From contig NC_009033.1 of NCBI RefSeq assembly GCF_000015945.1, positions 900,001-932,000 on the forward strand: 32,000 nt of DNA. The letters are read 5' to 3'. The notes beneath the pieces were generated by a model. It worked only from the letters and a program-made list of their open reading frames with translations. It made no database searches and was not told where the DNA came from. Below are positions 1 to 9,570 of this stretch, piece after piece. Position numbers and translations under genes: made by a program. Each line of letters opens with the position of its first letter. Within the stretch, counting starts at the first letter, position 1. The DNA comes from Staphylothermus marinus F1. GTDB lineage: Archaea; Thermoproteota; Thermoprotei_A; Sulfolobales; Desulfurococcaceae.

Positions 1-39
1 GATAACAGATGAACTAAGCAGGATCGGTGCAGCTTAGTA

Positions 40-1011
40 TTGAAAAACACTTATAAATTCATTGATCTATTTTGTGGTGCAGGAGGTTTTGCTGAAGGAT
101 TTATCTTAACAAATAGATTTAGATCAGTTCTTGGAATAGATAATTTTAGGCCAGCTGCACAGACATATAAAATTAATTTTCCCGATTCAATTGTTATCAT
201 GGAGGATATTAAGCGGATAAGAAACGATGACCTAATAGAAATTATTGACCCTGAAGAAATAGATGTTGTCATAGGTAGTCCTCCTTGCGAACCCTTTACT
301 GGAGCCAATCCCAAGCGTGAGAAAAACCCCATAGATAGACTATATAAGGATCCAGCTGGACAACTAACCCTCCACTATATTAGGATAGTAGGATTTCTTA
401 AGCCAAGAGTATTTGTGATGGAAAATGTTCCAGCAATAATGGATGATGGATTAGAATATGTTCTGAGAAGAGAATTTGAAAAAATAGGTTATAGAATTTA
501 TTTTAACATATTGAGAGCAGAAGACTATGGAACACCTAGTCATAGACTAAGAGTTTTCATTTCTAACATACCTATCAAACCTAAGAAACAAAAACATAGA
601 ATCACTGTAGGAGAAGCTTTCAAGGGTCTCCCCAAACCCGGTACAGGTTATCCACCTAATCATGACCCCTTTCCCCTACCATTAAGAAAACTTAAGAGAA
701 TCTCTAGGCTCAAATGGGGTCAGGCAATGATATATTATGAAGGAGCACGTAGGAGATTACCCAATCTTATACGTTTAAATCCAAACAAGATAGCGCCCAC
801 GGTTCTTGGAAGTTCTCGATTTATCCATCCCTATGAAAACAGATTCATAACTGTTAGAGAACAAGCTCGCCTAATGGGTTTCCCAGATACGTTCATATTT
901 GTTGGGGGACGAGATGAACAATATAATTTAGTTGGAGAAGCAGTTCCAGTTCCCTTAGCAAAAGCTATAGCTGAGTATATTGTTGAAAAACTTGATAGAG
1001 GTGATATATAA
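40..1011 (+). CDS. DNA (cytosine-5)-methyltransferase family protein with divergent motifs
   Basis: 323-aa ORF with a TTG start. The C5-MTase motifs can be read in canonical order: I FIDLFCGAGGF, IV GSPPCEPFT, VI MENVPA, VIII EDYGTPSHRLRVFI, IX TVREQARLMGFPD, X GEAVPVPLA. Confidence 0.85.
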   Translation: MKNTYKFIDLFCGAGGFAEGFILTNRFRSVLGIDNFRPAAQTYKINFPDSIVIMEDIKRIRNDDLIEIIDPEEIDVVIGSPPCEPFTGANPKREKNPIDRLYKDPAGQLTLHYIRIVGFLKPRVFVMENVPAIMDDGLEYVLRREFEKIGYRIYFNILRAEDYGTPSHRLRVFISNIPIKPKKQKHRITVGEAFKGLPKPGTGYPPNHDPFPLPLRKLKRISRLKWGQAMIYYEGARRRLPNLIRLNPNKIAPTVLGSSRFIHPYENRFITVREQARLMGFPDTFIFVGGRDEQYNLVGEAVPVPLAKAIAEYIVEKLDRGDI

Positions 1012-1013
1012 AC

Positions 1014-1451
1014 ATGAGATTCGTAGCATTATATGCGCCATCAAGTGTGCAGAGAATAATAGACTTCGTTAAAACTGTTTTTCTATTCCATGATTACCAA
1101 CCCATAATAATAAAACCGGTTGGTGCGGCTGCTCAAATAGGTGTTCCTGAAGCATATAAGATAGCGTATAGACAGAAGAAATCCTTGATAGTACTTCCAG
1201 AAATTAATGATATAATAGAGGTTTTAGGAATTAGTGAGGTATACTACCTGGATGAAAGAGGAGAAGAAATAGAAATTAATAATCTGAAAAAAAGCAGTGT
1301 AGCACTAGTTATAAATGGTGGAGACCAAGAACCAAGCAAAAAAGAATTATTAAATACCCGTATTGTCAGAGTAAAAGGTGTTGATTCCTCATTGCCTCCT
1401 GTAGGCTTAACTGCTATTATCTTGTATCTTCTCAGTAGAGATACCATGTAG
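1014..1451 (+). CDS. hypothetical protein, possible SPOUT-fold (SpoU/TrmH-like) domain
   Basis: 145-aa ORF. Its ATG lies 2 nt after the methyltransferase stop (TAA-ac-ATG). The segments KPVGAAAQIGVPEA, ALVINGGDQEPSKKEL and VRVKGVDSSLPPVGLTAIILYLL resemble the three SpoU/TrmH motifs in order. The function is assigned by eye only. Confidence 0.55.
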   Translation: MRFVALYAPSSVQRIIDFVKTVFLFHDYQPIIIKPVGAAAQIGVPEAYKIAYRQKKSLIVLPEINDIIEVLGISEVYYLDERGEEIEINNLKKSSVALVINGGDQEPSKKELLNTRIVRVKGVDSSLPPVGLTAIILYLLSRDTM

Positions 1452-2391
1452 CATAAGATATTCTAATACCCTTACTTATTTCATCTAGTAATCTCCAATC
1501 TTCATAGCTAAGTCTCCATCCAACGCTATTAGCATTATCCACTACATGTTCAGGTTTCTTAGCTCCAGGTATTGGTACAATGTTTTTACTGTACATTATC
1601 ATCCAGTTCAACGATATTTGAGCAGGTGATTTATTATATTTCTGAGATAATTGTTTTAACGCATCAATTAGAGGCTGTATTTTTTTGAAGTTTTCCGGAT
1701 GAAAGATTGGATCCCTATGTCTCACATCCTGAAACTCCGGCAAATTATCGAGACTATATTTTCCAGTTAATGCTCCTTTAGATAATGGGCTCCATGGTAG
1801 AAATATCATATTATTCTTCTCCGCATAAGGTATTAGCTCTATTTCTGCTTGTCTTTCAATCAAATTATATCTATACTGCATACTGACAATGTCTGTTTTC
1901 GATAAACAACTCCTAACTTCCTCTAATAACTTAACTGGATAATTACTCACACCTAGGAACCTAACCTTGCCTAAATCAACTAATTTCTCTAAAGCTCTCA
2001 TATATGGACATGTGGGATGATTATGCCAGCATGGTGGCCAGTGAAGCTGTAATAGATCAATATATTCTGTTCCAAGACGCTTCAAGGATTTATCAACCGA
2101 TCTAAATACGTCCTCAGGCGTTAAGAAATCACCGGGTATCTTAGTAGCAATAAATACTTCCTCTCTCTTAACACTGAGCTCTCTAAGAGCTCTTCCAAGA
2201 AACTCTTCACTCATACCATTACCATAAACCATCGCAGTATCGAAGAAGTTTATCCCCATCTCTAACGCTTTCTCAACAATTTTTTTGGCGTCTTCATAAT
2301 TTGTAACACCCCATGCCTCACTAAATTGCCATGTACCGAGCCCGATCCTAGAAATCTTAATTCCAGTATTTCTTATTTCAACATATTCCAT
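1432..2391 (-). CDS. aldo/keto reductase family oxidoreductase
   Basis: AKR signatures are present: GLGTWQF, NFFDTAMVYGNG, IDLLQLHWP, GVSNY, IPGAKKPEHV. The ORF is open to a GTG at 2418, but the ATG at 2391 (MEYVEIRNTG) follows GGTGGT, so I prefer it as the start. Confidence 0.85.
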   Translation of the reverse strand: MEYVEIRNTGIKISRIGLGTWQFSEAWGVTNYEDAKKIVEKALEMGINFFDTAMVYGNGMSEEFLGRALRELSVKREEVFIATKIPGDFLTPEDVFRSVDKSLKRLGTEYIDLLQLHWPPCWHNHPTCPYMRALEKLVDLGKVRFLGVSNYPVKLLEEVRSCLSKTDIVSMQYRYNLIERQAEIELIPYAEKNNMIFLPWSPLSKGALTGKYSLDNLPEFQDVRHRDPIFHPENFKKIQPLIDALKQLSQKYNKSPAQISLNWMIMYSKNIVPIPGAKKPEHVVDNANSVGWRLSYEDWRLLDEISKGIRISYATWYLY

Positions 2392-2579
2392 GATACCACC
2401 TTGAAACTCATGATTCACTTAGATAATCTTTTATTATCCTTTTTATATCTTTATAGTTCACAATACTTATTCAATTATATTGTTAATAGGTAGTTTAGCA
2501 ATTGACATGTTCATGTTAATATTCTTATTTAGGAATACTATTGTTAGGATTAAGTGAATATATGCTAAAAGTAATGCTT

Positions 2580-3593
2580 CTAGGTACGTATGTATTCTCT
2601 TATTGTTATCATATTAATTATTGATTCAGCTATATCGAGACTATAAGCCTTAATTCTCCTTATGCTGTCAAGTATTAAGTTGGCTTCGGGGAACCCCAAA
2701 GGATTAATAAGGTTATGTCTAGTTTTCTCTTCAAGCTTCTCCAATTCTTTGAACAACGTTACAACGTTATTAGCATATTTTTTATTCAGACTCTTAAGTC
2801 CCTTAATCGCATTTATGTATAGTTCCTTTGTTTTGCTAAACAGCTCAACTATTTGATCAGGTAAAAGCGTTCTTCCATTATTCTTTAATATAATTTCAGA
2901 AATTAGAACGGCATGGTCTGCTATTCTCTCAATACTTTTAACTGATATGATCATATATAACGCCTCCGGCAAGGCTACTAAGCCTAAATTGGAGGGACTT
3001 AATTCACCTAATAATAACTGGTTTAGTTGCCTCGTGATTAACAGGAAAAGCTTATCTACAACCTCATCTCTTTCAACAATGCTTATAAGAATCTTTTCAT
3101 CATACCGTGTAAGTATTCTTTCTACGTCTTCCAACATTGATCTAGTAGTATTCGCCATTTTCTCTAGTGCTTCAGTTATGGTGAGTAATGAAGTATCCAC
3201 TATAGAATACAATGTTAACTCATTGGATTTTTCATCGAGTATTTCGAGCCCTATTGCCTTACTTCTAACTTTATCTATTATCCTAGTTAAAGCGTTGATG
3301 CTTATGTCTCTGTATCTAATCTTTATTATATTGTAACCAGCTAGATATGCCGATAGAATTTCTATTATAGCACTATCAATATTGTCTTGACCCACCTCGA
3401 TCTCCTTAACCCTGACCTCTCGCCTAGACTTTCTATGTGAGGGGGTAATTCTGAGGCTGTAGTCTGGCAGAATATCTATGAGAACTTCTGAACCAGGAGT
3501 TAATCCTACATTTTTCACCCACTCCTTGGGTAGAGATACTATAAATGTTGACCCCCCTGTTACCTGGATCCTTCTCCTGATCATCCTACTCAT
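2580..3593 (-). CDS. AbrB/SpoVT-domain plus PhoU-domain fusion protein (putative phosphate-uptake regulator)
   Basis: The N-terminus RRIQVTGGSTFIVSLPKEWVKNVGLTPGSEV is a swapped-hairpin AbrB/SpoVT-type motif. The C-terminal two thirds are helical and PhoU-like, including IERIADHAV. The gene is divergent from pstS. The ORF is open to a TTG at 3608, but the ATG at 3593 follows GAGGGAT. Confidence 0.75.
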   Translation of the reverse strand: MSRMIRRRIQVTGGSTFIVSLPKEWVKNVGLTPGSEVLIDILPDYSLRITPSHRKSRREVRVKEIEVGQDNIDSAIIEILSAYLAGYNIIKIRYRDISINALTRIIDKVRSKAIGLEILDEKSNELTLYSIVDTSLLTITEALEKMANTTRSMLEDVERILTRYDEKILISIVERDEVVDKLFLLITRQLNQLLLGELSPSNLGLVALPEALYMIISVKSIERIADHAVLISEIILKNNGRTLLPDQIVELFSKTKELYINAIKGLKSLNKKYANNVVTLFKELEKLEEKTRHNLINPLGFPEANLILDSIRRIKAYSLDIAESIINMITIREYIRT

Positions 3594-3706
3594 GTAATAA
3601 TCCCTCAAATCTACCTAGTTGTCTTCTACTGTATAATATATTAGTTCATATATATAAGTATATACTTGCTTAATAACTCTATATTCAATATATACTAAAT
3701 AGGTAA

Positions 3707-3716
3707 TTTTTATATA
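3707..3716 (+). promoter_or_regulatory. candidate TATA box for the pst operon
   Basis: TTTTTATATA lies 53-62 nt upstream of the pstS ATG. The SD-like GGGGGAT at 3752-3758 falls between them. The call rests on position and composition only. Confidence 0.35.
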
Positions 3717-3768
3717 GATTATGTAGTAGTAAATATAATTTGATGGTAATATGGGGGATCTATGAGAA

Positions 3769-4914
3769 ATGTTTAAAGGTAAAACAATAGCGATGATCGC
3801 AGTTATATCTGTACTAATTATGACATCCCTCTTAATCTATAATGTTTACATATCCAACACATACACCAATTCAAGCCTTAGCACAACGACAGTTCAGGAA
3901 GAAAAATCTAAAGTGTATCTAAGAGGATCTGGTGCGACATTTCCCTTACCCTTATACGAAGAATGGATCGAGGAGTTCATGAATGAGCAAAACAATATTA
4001 TAGTGGATTATGAGGGCATAGGCAGCGGTGCCGGACAAGAACAGTTCTTTAAGGGCTTAACAGACTTTTGTGGAAGCGATCCTCCTCTCAGCCACGAGAA
4101 ATGGCTTGAATATAAGGGTAAAGTATTACAGTTGCCAACCATACTTGGAGCTGTAGTAGTAACATATAATGTACCGGAAATATCGAGAAACATACATTTA
4201 AACATTAGCGGCGAAATTTTAGCCTTAATATATAAGGGAGAGATAGAATATTGGGACGATCCACATATAAAAAGCCTTAATCCAGCAATAGCCGATAGGC
4301 TTCCACACCAAAAAATAATAGTAGTTCATCGTTCAGATGCTAGTGGCACAACACAAATTTTTACAACCTTTCTACATAAATCAGCACCAGATATATGGCC
4401 TGAAGAGCTAGTAGGTAAAACAATAGATTGGCCTATAGATAAAACAGGAAGAGGTATTGGTGGTAAGGGTAATCCAGGCGTTACAGCCGTAGTGGTTAAT
4501 ACAAAATATTCTATAGGCTATATCGAGTATCAGTATGCTCTTAAAAACAATTTACCCATTGCGGCAGTAATGAATAAGGAGGGAGTATTTGTATTACCTT
4601 CCAAAACAACTATTCAATCAGCTGCAAAATATGCGCTCACCACAGGACTCATACCAGATAGCCCAGATGGAGACTTTAGCAAGGAGCTAGATGCAATAAT
4701 ATATGCACCAGGCAAAGATTCTTACCCAATAACAGCATTCTCCCACATATTCGTGTGGAAACACTATGATGACAAAGAGAAAGCCGATGCTATAAAGACT
4801 TTTATTAAGTGGATCTATACTGAGGGCTCAAAACATGTTATTGAGGGCTATGTAGCAGTACCAGATGAGATCAAGGGTATCGCGTTAAAATCCATCAACA
4901 TGATTGAAGGCTGA
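3769..4914 (+). CDS. pstS: phosphate ABC transporter substrate-binding protein
   Basis: There is an N-terminal membrane anchor (IAMIAVISVLIMTSLLIY) followed by an S/T-rich linker. PstS-like strings are GSGATFPLPLY, GIGSGAGQ, RSDASGTT and SYPITAFSHIF. It is the first gene of the pstSCAB order. Confidence 0.9.
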   Translation: MFKGKTIAMIAVISVLIMTSLLIYNVYISNTYTNSSLSTTTVQEEKSKVYLRGSGATFPLPLYEEWIEEFMNEQNNIIVDYEGIGSGAGQEQFFKGLTDFCGSDPPLSHEKWLEYKGKVLQLPTILGAVVVTYNVPEISRNIHLNISGEILALIYKGEIEYWDDPHIKSLNPAIADRLPHQKIIVVHRSDASGTTQIFTTFLHKSAPDIWPEELVGKTIDWPIDKTGRGIGGKGNPGVTAVVVNTKYSIGYIEYQYALKNNLPIAAVMNKEGVFVLPSKTTIQSAAKYALTTGLIPDSPDGDFSKELDAIIYAPGKDSYPITAFSHIFVWKHYDDKEKADAIKTFIKWIYTEGSKHVIEGYVAVPDEIKGIALKSINMIEG

Positions 4915-4930
4915 GGGTGATATTGTGTAT

Positions 4931-5872
4931 ATGAAGGGAAAAATGTCTAGAAAAGATAAGCTTTTTCTTTACTCATTACTTCCCTTCGGGGGTATTATAT
5001 TAGCTTTATTTATATTATTATTTAAAACATTAGCAGAGAATTCATTACCCATATTTCTACGTGAAGGAATACATTTTATTTTATCAAATGAATGGAAACC
5101 ATCAGAGACAAATCCTTCCCTAGAATATTATGGAATATTATCACCAATAGTTGGAACAATATATACTTCATTAATAGCGTTAATAATTGCTCTCCCATTA
5201 TCCATTGCTCTAACAATATTCATAAATGAGTTCCTACCATATAATGTGAAAGATTTATTTATAAACCTAGTAGAAATAATGGCTGGCTTACCAACAGTAA
5301 TATATGGTTTATGGGGAGCCTTTGTACTCGCACCCATACTACGAGACTATGTAATGTTGCCTATTCATAGATATTTATGGTTTATACCGTTTTTCTCATG
5401 TAACCCATTGTCGCCCCTAACAATATTTACAGCAGGAGTTATACTTGCTATAATGATAACACCATTTATTACGAGTATTATAAGAGAAGCATATGAAAAT
5501 ATTCCGCTAACTTATAGAGAAGCAATATTATCTTTGGGAGCAACTAGTTATGAATATGTCAAAATAATGTTATCAATGATCAAGCCAGCAGTAATAGCAG
5601 CTATTTTATTAGGGTTTGGAAGAGCTGCTGGTGAAACTATAGCTGTTTCAATGACTATAGGTAATAGTTTCTCATTAACAACATGTCTATTCGCACCAGG
5701 CTATACTATATCATCACTAATAGCTAATCAGTTCGGCAATGCAGGATTCTACCATTACATGATGAATGCTCTCTACGGTGCTGGACTTATATTATTACTT
5801 GTAGGCGTGGTATTGAACACTATAGGTTTATATGTTCTAGGGAGGTGGAGGAAACAGTTTGAAGAGTTCTAG
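4931..5872 (+). CDS. pstC: phosphate ABC transporter permease
   Basis: Polytopic membrane protein carrying the ABC permease EAA-type loop (REAILSLGATSYEYV...GFGRAAGETIAV). The ORF is open from a TTG at 4904. The ATG at 4931 follows GAGGGTGAT. Confidence 0.85.
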   Translation: MKGKMSRKDKLFLYSLLPFGGIILALFILLFKTLAENSLPIFLREGIHFILSNEWKPSETNPSLEYYGILSPIVGTIYTSLIALIIALPLSIALTIFINEFLPYNVKDLFINLVEIMAGLPTVIYGLWGAFVLAPILRDYVMLPIHRYLWFIPFFSCNPLSPLTIFTAGVILAIMITPFITSIIREAYENIPLTYREAILSLGATSYEYVKIMLSMIKPAVIAAILLGFGRAAGETIAVSMTIGNSFSLTTCLFAPGYTISSLIANQFGNAGFYHYMMNALYGAGLILLLVGVVLNTIGLYVLGRWRKQFEEF

Positions 5873-6710
5873 TAAGAGATTCGTATTAGATAAGTTGTTT
5901 AAGTATATTGTAATTACATTATCAATTATAGCATTAACCCCGTTATTCTTAATCATAGCCTCAATCATAGTTAATGGTGGTAATACATTATTAGAGGCTG
6001 GAATAAGTTTCCTATATAATTTGCCTCCATCACCATTATCAACTAGTATAGGTGGTATAGGACCCTCACTAATAGGAACATTATTATTAGCAACTACAAC
6101 TATAGTTATAGGACTGCCTTTGGCATTCTTTACTGCAGTATTAGCGGTGGAATACCCTGATAGTATTATAGGTAGGTTAGTAGGAGTTTTAACTAGGTCA
6201 TTTGTGGAGATACCTACAATTCTCATCGGTGTCTTAATATATACATTAATGGTTATACCTATGGGGAGATTCTCGGCTCTAGCAGGTGCGTTTGCTTTAG
6301 CAATAGTTGCTTTACCATATATGTATACATATGTTGAGAGAGCTTTATCCTCTATTCCGTGGACATATCGTGAAGCAGCATATGGGTTAGGCTTAGACAA
6401 ATTTAAGGCGTTAATACATGTTTTCATAGGTATTGCGCGTAGAGGTATTGTTGCAGGTATACTTATAGGTTTAGCAAAGGCGTCTGGAGAAACAGCACCA
6501 TTACTATTCACTATAGGTGGTAGTAAATATACATATTTTAGAGGATTGGATCAACCCATAGACAGTATACCTTTACTAATATATGAATTTGCACAAACAC
6601 CTTATGAAATATACCATAGAGTCGCTTGGGGAGCGGCCCTAGTGCTTTTGTTAATATATCTCGTTTTATTCATAACTCTAAGAGCGTTTGTGAAGAGAGT
6701 GGAACTATGA
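5859..6710 (+). CDS. pstA: phosphate ABC transporter permease
   Basis: Polytopic membrane protein with [15 protein letters not shown] and [15 protein letters not shown]. The TTG start is preceded by GGAGGTGGAGG. It overlaps the pstC end by 14 nt. Confidence 0.85.
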   Translation: MKSSSKRFVLDKLFKYIVITLSIIALTPLFLIIASIIVNGGNTLLEAGISFLYNLPPSPLSTSIGGIGPSLIGTLLLATTTIVIGLPLAFFTAVLAVEYPDSIIGRLVGVLTRSFVEIPTILIGVLIYTLMVIPMGRFSALAGAFALAIVALPYMYTYVERALSSIPWTYREAAYGLGLDKFKALIHVFIGIARRGIVAGILIGLAKASGETAPLLFTIGGSKYTYFRGLDQPIDSIPLLIYEFAQTPYEIYHRVAWGAALVLLLIYLVLFITLRAFVKRVEL

Positions 6711-7459
6711 AATATGCTGTAGAAATAAATGGGCTTAATGTATTTATTAGAGGAAAAAAGATCCTTGATAATGTAAACTTGAAGATTCCAGCAAACTCTA
6801 TATTTACAATTATGGGTCCAAGTGGTTCGGGAAAAAGCACGTTGTTAAGAGTAATAAATAGATTAATAGATCTCATTCCATTTTCTAGAGTTGAAGGCAA
6901 GGTCCATGTATTCGGCAAGGATATCTATAGTATAGACCCATATATGTTACGTAAAAATATAGGAATGGTTTTTCAAACACCAAACCCCTTCCCCCATTTA
7001 AGCATATATGATAACGTAGCATTAGGAGCTAAGCTTAACGGTGTTGCAAAGAATAGAAAAGAACTAGATAAGATAGTCGAATGGGCATTAAAAACTGCAA
7101 TGCTATGGGATGAAGTTAAGGATAGACTACATGATCCCCCCTCAAAGCTTAGTGGAGGACAGAGACAAAGACTATGCCTTGCAAGAGCATTAGCTTTAAA
7201 ACCAAAAATACTCCTACTAGACGAACCCACCGCTAACATAGACCCTGTCAATACATGGAAAATAGAGGAGGCACTAGTATCACTTAAAAACCAGTTAACA
7301 ATAATAATGGTAACACATTCACCGCATCAAGCCACACGTATTTCCGACTATATAGCATTTCTATACATGGGCAAAATAATTGAACAAGGCCCATCAAAAC
7401 AAATACTTATCAATCCACAAAACGAACTTACACAGAAATTCCTAACAGGAGGGATATAG
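6707..7459 (+). CDS. pstB: phosphate ABC transporter ATP-binding protein
   Basis: Walker [13 protein letters not shown] signature LSGGQRQRL, Walker [12 protein letters not shown], and the PstB-typical [10 protein letters not shown] chose the ATG at 6707 ([12 protein letters not shown]), which overlaps the pstA stop as ATGA. The 27 codons the ORF track adds upstream lie inside pstA. Confidence 0.92.
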   Translation: MKYAVEINGLNVFIRGKKILDNVNLKIPANSIFTIMGPSGSGKSTLLRVINRLIDLIPFSRVEGKVHVFGKDIYSIDPYMLRKNIGMVFQTPNPFPHLSIYDNVALGAKLNGVAKNRKELDKIVEWALKTAMLWDEVKDRLHDPPSKLSGGQRQRLCLARALALKPKILLLDEPTANIDPVNTWKIEEALVSLKNQLTIIMVTHSPHQATRISDYIAFLYMGKIIEQGPSKQILINPQNELTQKFLTGGI

Positions 7460-7460
7460 A

Positions 7461-8087
7461 TTGAACACATATCTCGATAAAGAATTTCATAAACTAGTTA
7501 AAATACTCAATGATATGAAGGATATTATTTATAAAATACTAGACTATACCGGTAAACTATTTAGCGAACCCAATGAATATATTAGGAGAGATATTAGGAA
7601 AAGTATTGAGGAATTAATCAATACCATTGAGATTATTAGACATGATGCATTCATTGAATCATTAGTATTTATTGCAAGATTTCAACCACTAGGTAAAGAA
7701 CTAAGACTAGTCGAGGCTTATATTAATGTATATTATGACATTTATAGAATTAGCAGATACTGTGGAGAAATAAGTAGAATAGACAATATAATTGACAACT
7801 TCACAAACGAAACATTCAATGATCTCAGAGAAGGATTCGCATGGGCTACTGAAATGGTTAAACTAGCCATTCAAAGCTTTATAGAAAACAATACTGATAT
7901 GGCAAGAAAAGTTTTAGATATGGATAATAAACTCGATAACCTCTACATTAATTATTTAAAGAAACTTAAAGAAATGGAAAAAGTACCTAAATACTTCGCC
8001 ACAAAAACAATATTAGCAAGACATATAGAACGTATAGGTGATCACGCAACATATATTGCTGAGAAAGTACTAGATCTAAATGAATAG
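7461..8087 (+). CDS. phoU: phosphate transport system regulatory protein PhoU
   Basis: 208-aa helical protein in the operon position immediately after pstB. It has a PhoU-type repeat ending in HIERIGDHATYIAEKV. TTG start. Confidence 0.8.
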   Translation: MNTYLDKEFHKLVKILNDMKDIIYKILDYTGKLFSEPNEYIRRDIRKSIEELINTIEIIRHDAFIESLVFIARFQPLGKELRLVEAYINVYYDIYRISRYCGEISRIDNIIDNFTNETFNDLREGFAWATEMVKLAIQSFIENNTDMARKVLDMDNKLDNLYINYLKKLKEMEKVPKYFATKTILARHIERIGDHATYIAEKVLDLNE

Positions 8088-8207
8088 GAAATAAAATATA
8101 CTAATATTTCTGTTTCAATCAAATAGTTTCTACAACGTTAATTTAATACGAGATTGTCTAAATAAATGCGTAGGGATTTAATATGGTACGTAAAGCGAGG
8201 TGAGATT

Positions 8208-9209
8208 ATGACGAATAGCGTTCGATTTAGATTAACAGGTATTATTCCGACACCTTCGAAGAAAGAGGAGAAAATATATGATGTAGTAGTCGTTGGTGGG
8301 GGGCCTGCTGGATTAACTGCAGCATTGTATGCTGCAAGATACCAGTTAAAAACAATAGTAGTAACAAAGCTTTTAGGAGGCTTGGTAACTGAAGCTCCCA
8401 TTGTAGATGATTACCCGGGATTACCCGAGATCCCAGGTAATGAATTAGTCGATAAATTTGTTAAACATGTTAGGAAATATAATGTCCCCATTATAATCGA
8501 TGAAGTCATTAATATGATTAGGAAAAACAATCTTTGGTGTGTAGAGCTTAGAACTACTCGGAGAACTATTTGTGGATACACAGTTATTTATGCAATAGGT
8601 AGTGAGAAGAGAAAGCTGGGTGTTCCAGGCGAGGACAGATTAGCTGGTAGAGGAATTTCTTATTGTGCAACATGTGATGGACCATTGTTTAAAGGTAAAG
8701 TAGTAGCGGTTGTCGGAGGAGGCAACTCGGCTTTTTCATCAGCATTATACCTAGCATCGCTAGCCTCAAAAGTATACGTAATACATAGAAGAGAACAATT
8801 CAGAGCATTCCCAGCATATGTTGAGAGAGCTAAGCAGGATCCAAAAATAGAATTCATAACAAATACCATAATCAAAGAAATAATTGGGGATACAAAAGTT
8901 AGAGCAATAAAACTATACAATAGAGCAACAGGTGATGAGAGAATACTTGAAGTAGACGGTGTCTTTGTTGAAATAGGGCTTATACCGCCGAGAGAGTTCT
9001 TCGAGAAAATTGGAGTAGAAACAGATGAATATGGTTATGCAAAAGTAGGGCCTGATCAATCAACGAATCTTCCAGGAGTATATGTAGCGGGAGATGCTGC
9101 TGGAGGACCATGCAAGTACCGATTCGAACAAATAATTACAGCAGCCGCTGAAGGAGCAAAAGCAGCAGATGCAGCATTTAAATACATTCTGCAAAACATT
9201 AAGAAATAA
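8208..9209 (+). CDS. trxB: thioredoxin-disulfide reductase
   Basis: FAD motif VVVVGGGPAGLTAALYAAR, redox-active CATCDG, NAD(P)H motif VVGGGNSAFSSALYL, and C-terminal GVYVAGDAAG. The ATG at 8208 follows GGTGAG. The ORF is open from 8166. Confidence 0.9.
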   Translation: MTNSVRFRLTGIIPTPSKKEEKIYDVVVVGGGPAGLTAALYAARYQLKTIVVTKLLGGLVTEAPIVDDYPGLPEIPGNELVDKFVKHVRKYNVPIIIDEVINMIRKNNLWCVELRTTRRTICGYTVIYAIGSEKRKLGVPGEDRLAGRGISYCATCDGPLFKGKVVAVVGGGNSAFSSALYLASLASKVYVIHRREQFRAFPAYVERAKQDPKIEFITNTIIKEIIGDTKVRAIKLYNRATGDERILEVDGVFVEIGLIPPREFFEKIGVETDEYGYAKVGPDQSTNLPGVYVAGDAAGGPCKYRFEQIITAAAEGAKAADAAFKYILQNIKK

Positions 9210-9570
9210 CATGTAATTTTATATTTATTTGTCAGACTACAAATCGGAATTCCTTTACAACACAGTTCCATTGACCAAAAAAGACTATTCGCTTATCTAG
9301 ATACTATGGTTAATTTGGAAATTATGGTTGTTGGGTTCACTCTATAAACCCCATGATATTTATGGTTCGGGTAATGCAGATGGCGGGCAACCACTGCAGA
9401 CCTCTCGGAAGTTTCTTTATTCATTTACTTAGAAAGTAATGCTTAGATCCAGCTATTTATATAGATAGTAAAATAGTTTATGATGCATTCTATTAAGCTA
9501 AAAATATTAAGCTAATACGTTGCCGATCTATTAAAATGATTATCATCAATCACGAACAAATAAAAGTATG

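Noticed and set aside
1014-1451. The idea that the small ORF after the C5-methyltransferase is a Vsr-type very-short-patch repair endonuclease, as in dcm-vsr.
   Set aside because: The protein contains no Cys and a single His. It therefore lacks the Cys/His zinc site and the FxDGCFWHGH-type motif of Vsr. Its segments look SPOUT-like instead.
5837-6511. A 224-aa minus-strand ORF, along with many shorter antisense ORFs: 51-332, 1244-1447, 2662-2856, 2947-3336, 4008-4205, 5128-5337, 6670-6918, 6973-7251, 8138-8401, 8660-8920, 9056-9271, 10024-10581, 12642-12920, 15024-15215, 15335-15523, 17050-17238, 19108-19347, 19911-20305, 21306-21620, 22746-22928, 23245-23463, 25151-25339, 25673-25873, 26393-26695, 28279-28566, 28643-28846, 28975-29259, 29811-29999.
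   Set aside because: Each lies wholly antisense or out of frame within a gene that has strong family signatures. Their translations are low-complexity with no recognisable motifs. They are shadow ORFs of the kind expected in biased-composition DNA.
6626-6706. An N-terminal extension of 27 codons on pstB in the ORF track.
   Set aside because: The extension lies inside pstA in another frame. The ATG at 6707 gives the canonical PstB N-terminus and an ATGA stop/start overlap.
9384-9394. The 11-mer CGGGCAACCAC is shared between this spacer and the minus strand of the GC island (21740-21750).
   Set aside because: Roughly one such match is expected by chance when comparing a 100-nt region against both strands of 32 kb. 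No extended similarity surrounds it.
9290-9420. A slightly GC-richer patch in the trxB/tRNA-Met spacer. It has the hairpins GGGTT(9 nt)AACCC and TGCAG(14 nt)CTGCA and three TATGGTT repeats.
   Set aside because: The stems are only 5 bp, which is weak for a thermophile. I found no sRNA boxes. The longest ORF there is 28 codons with no features. This is not enough to call anything.
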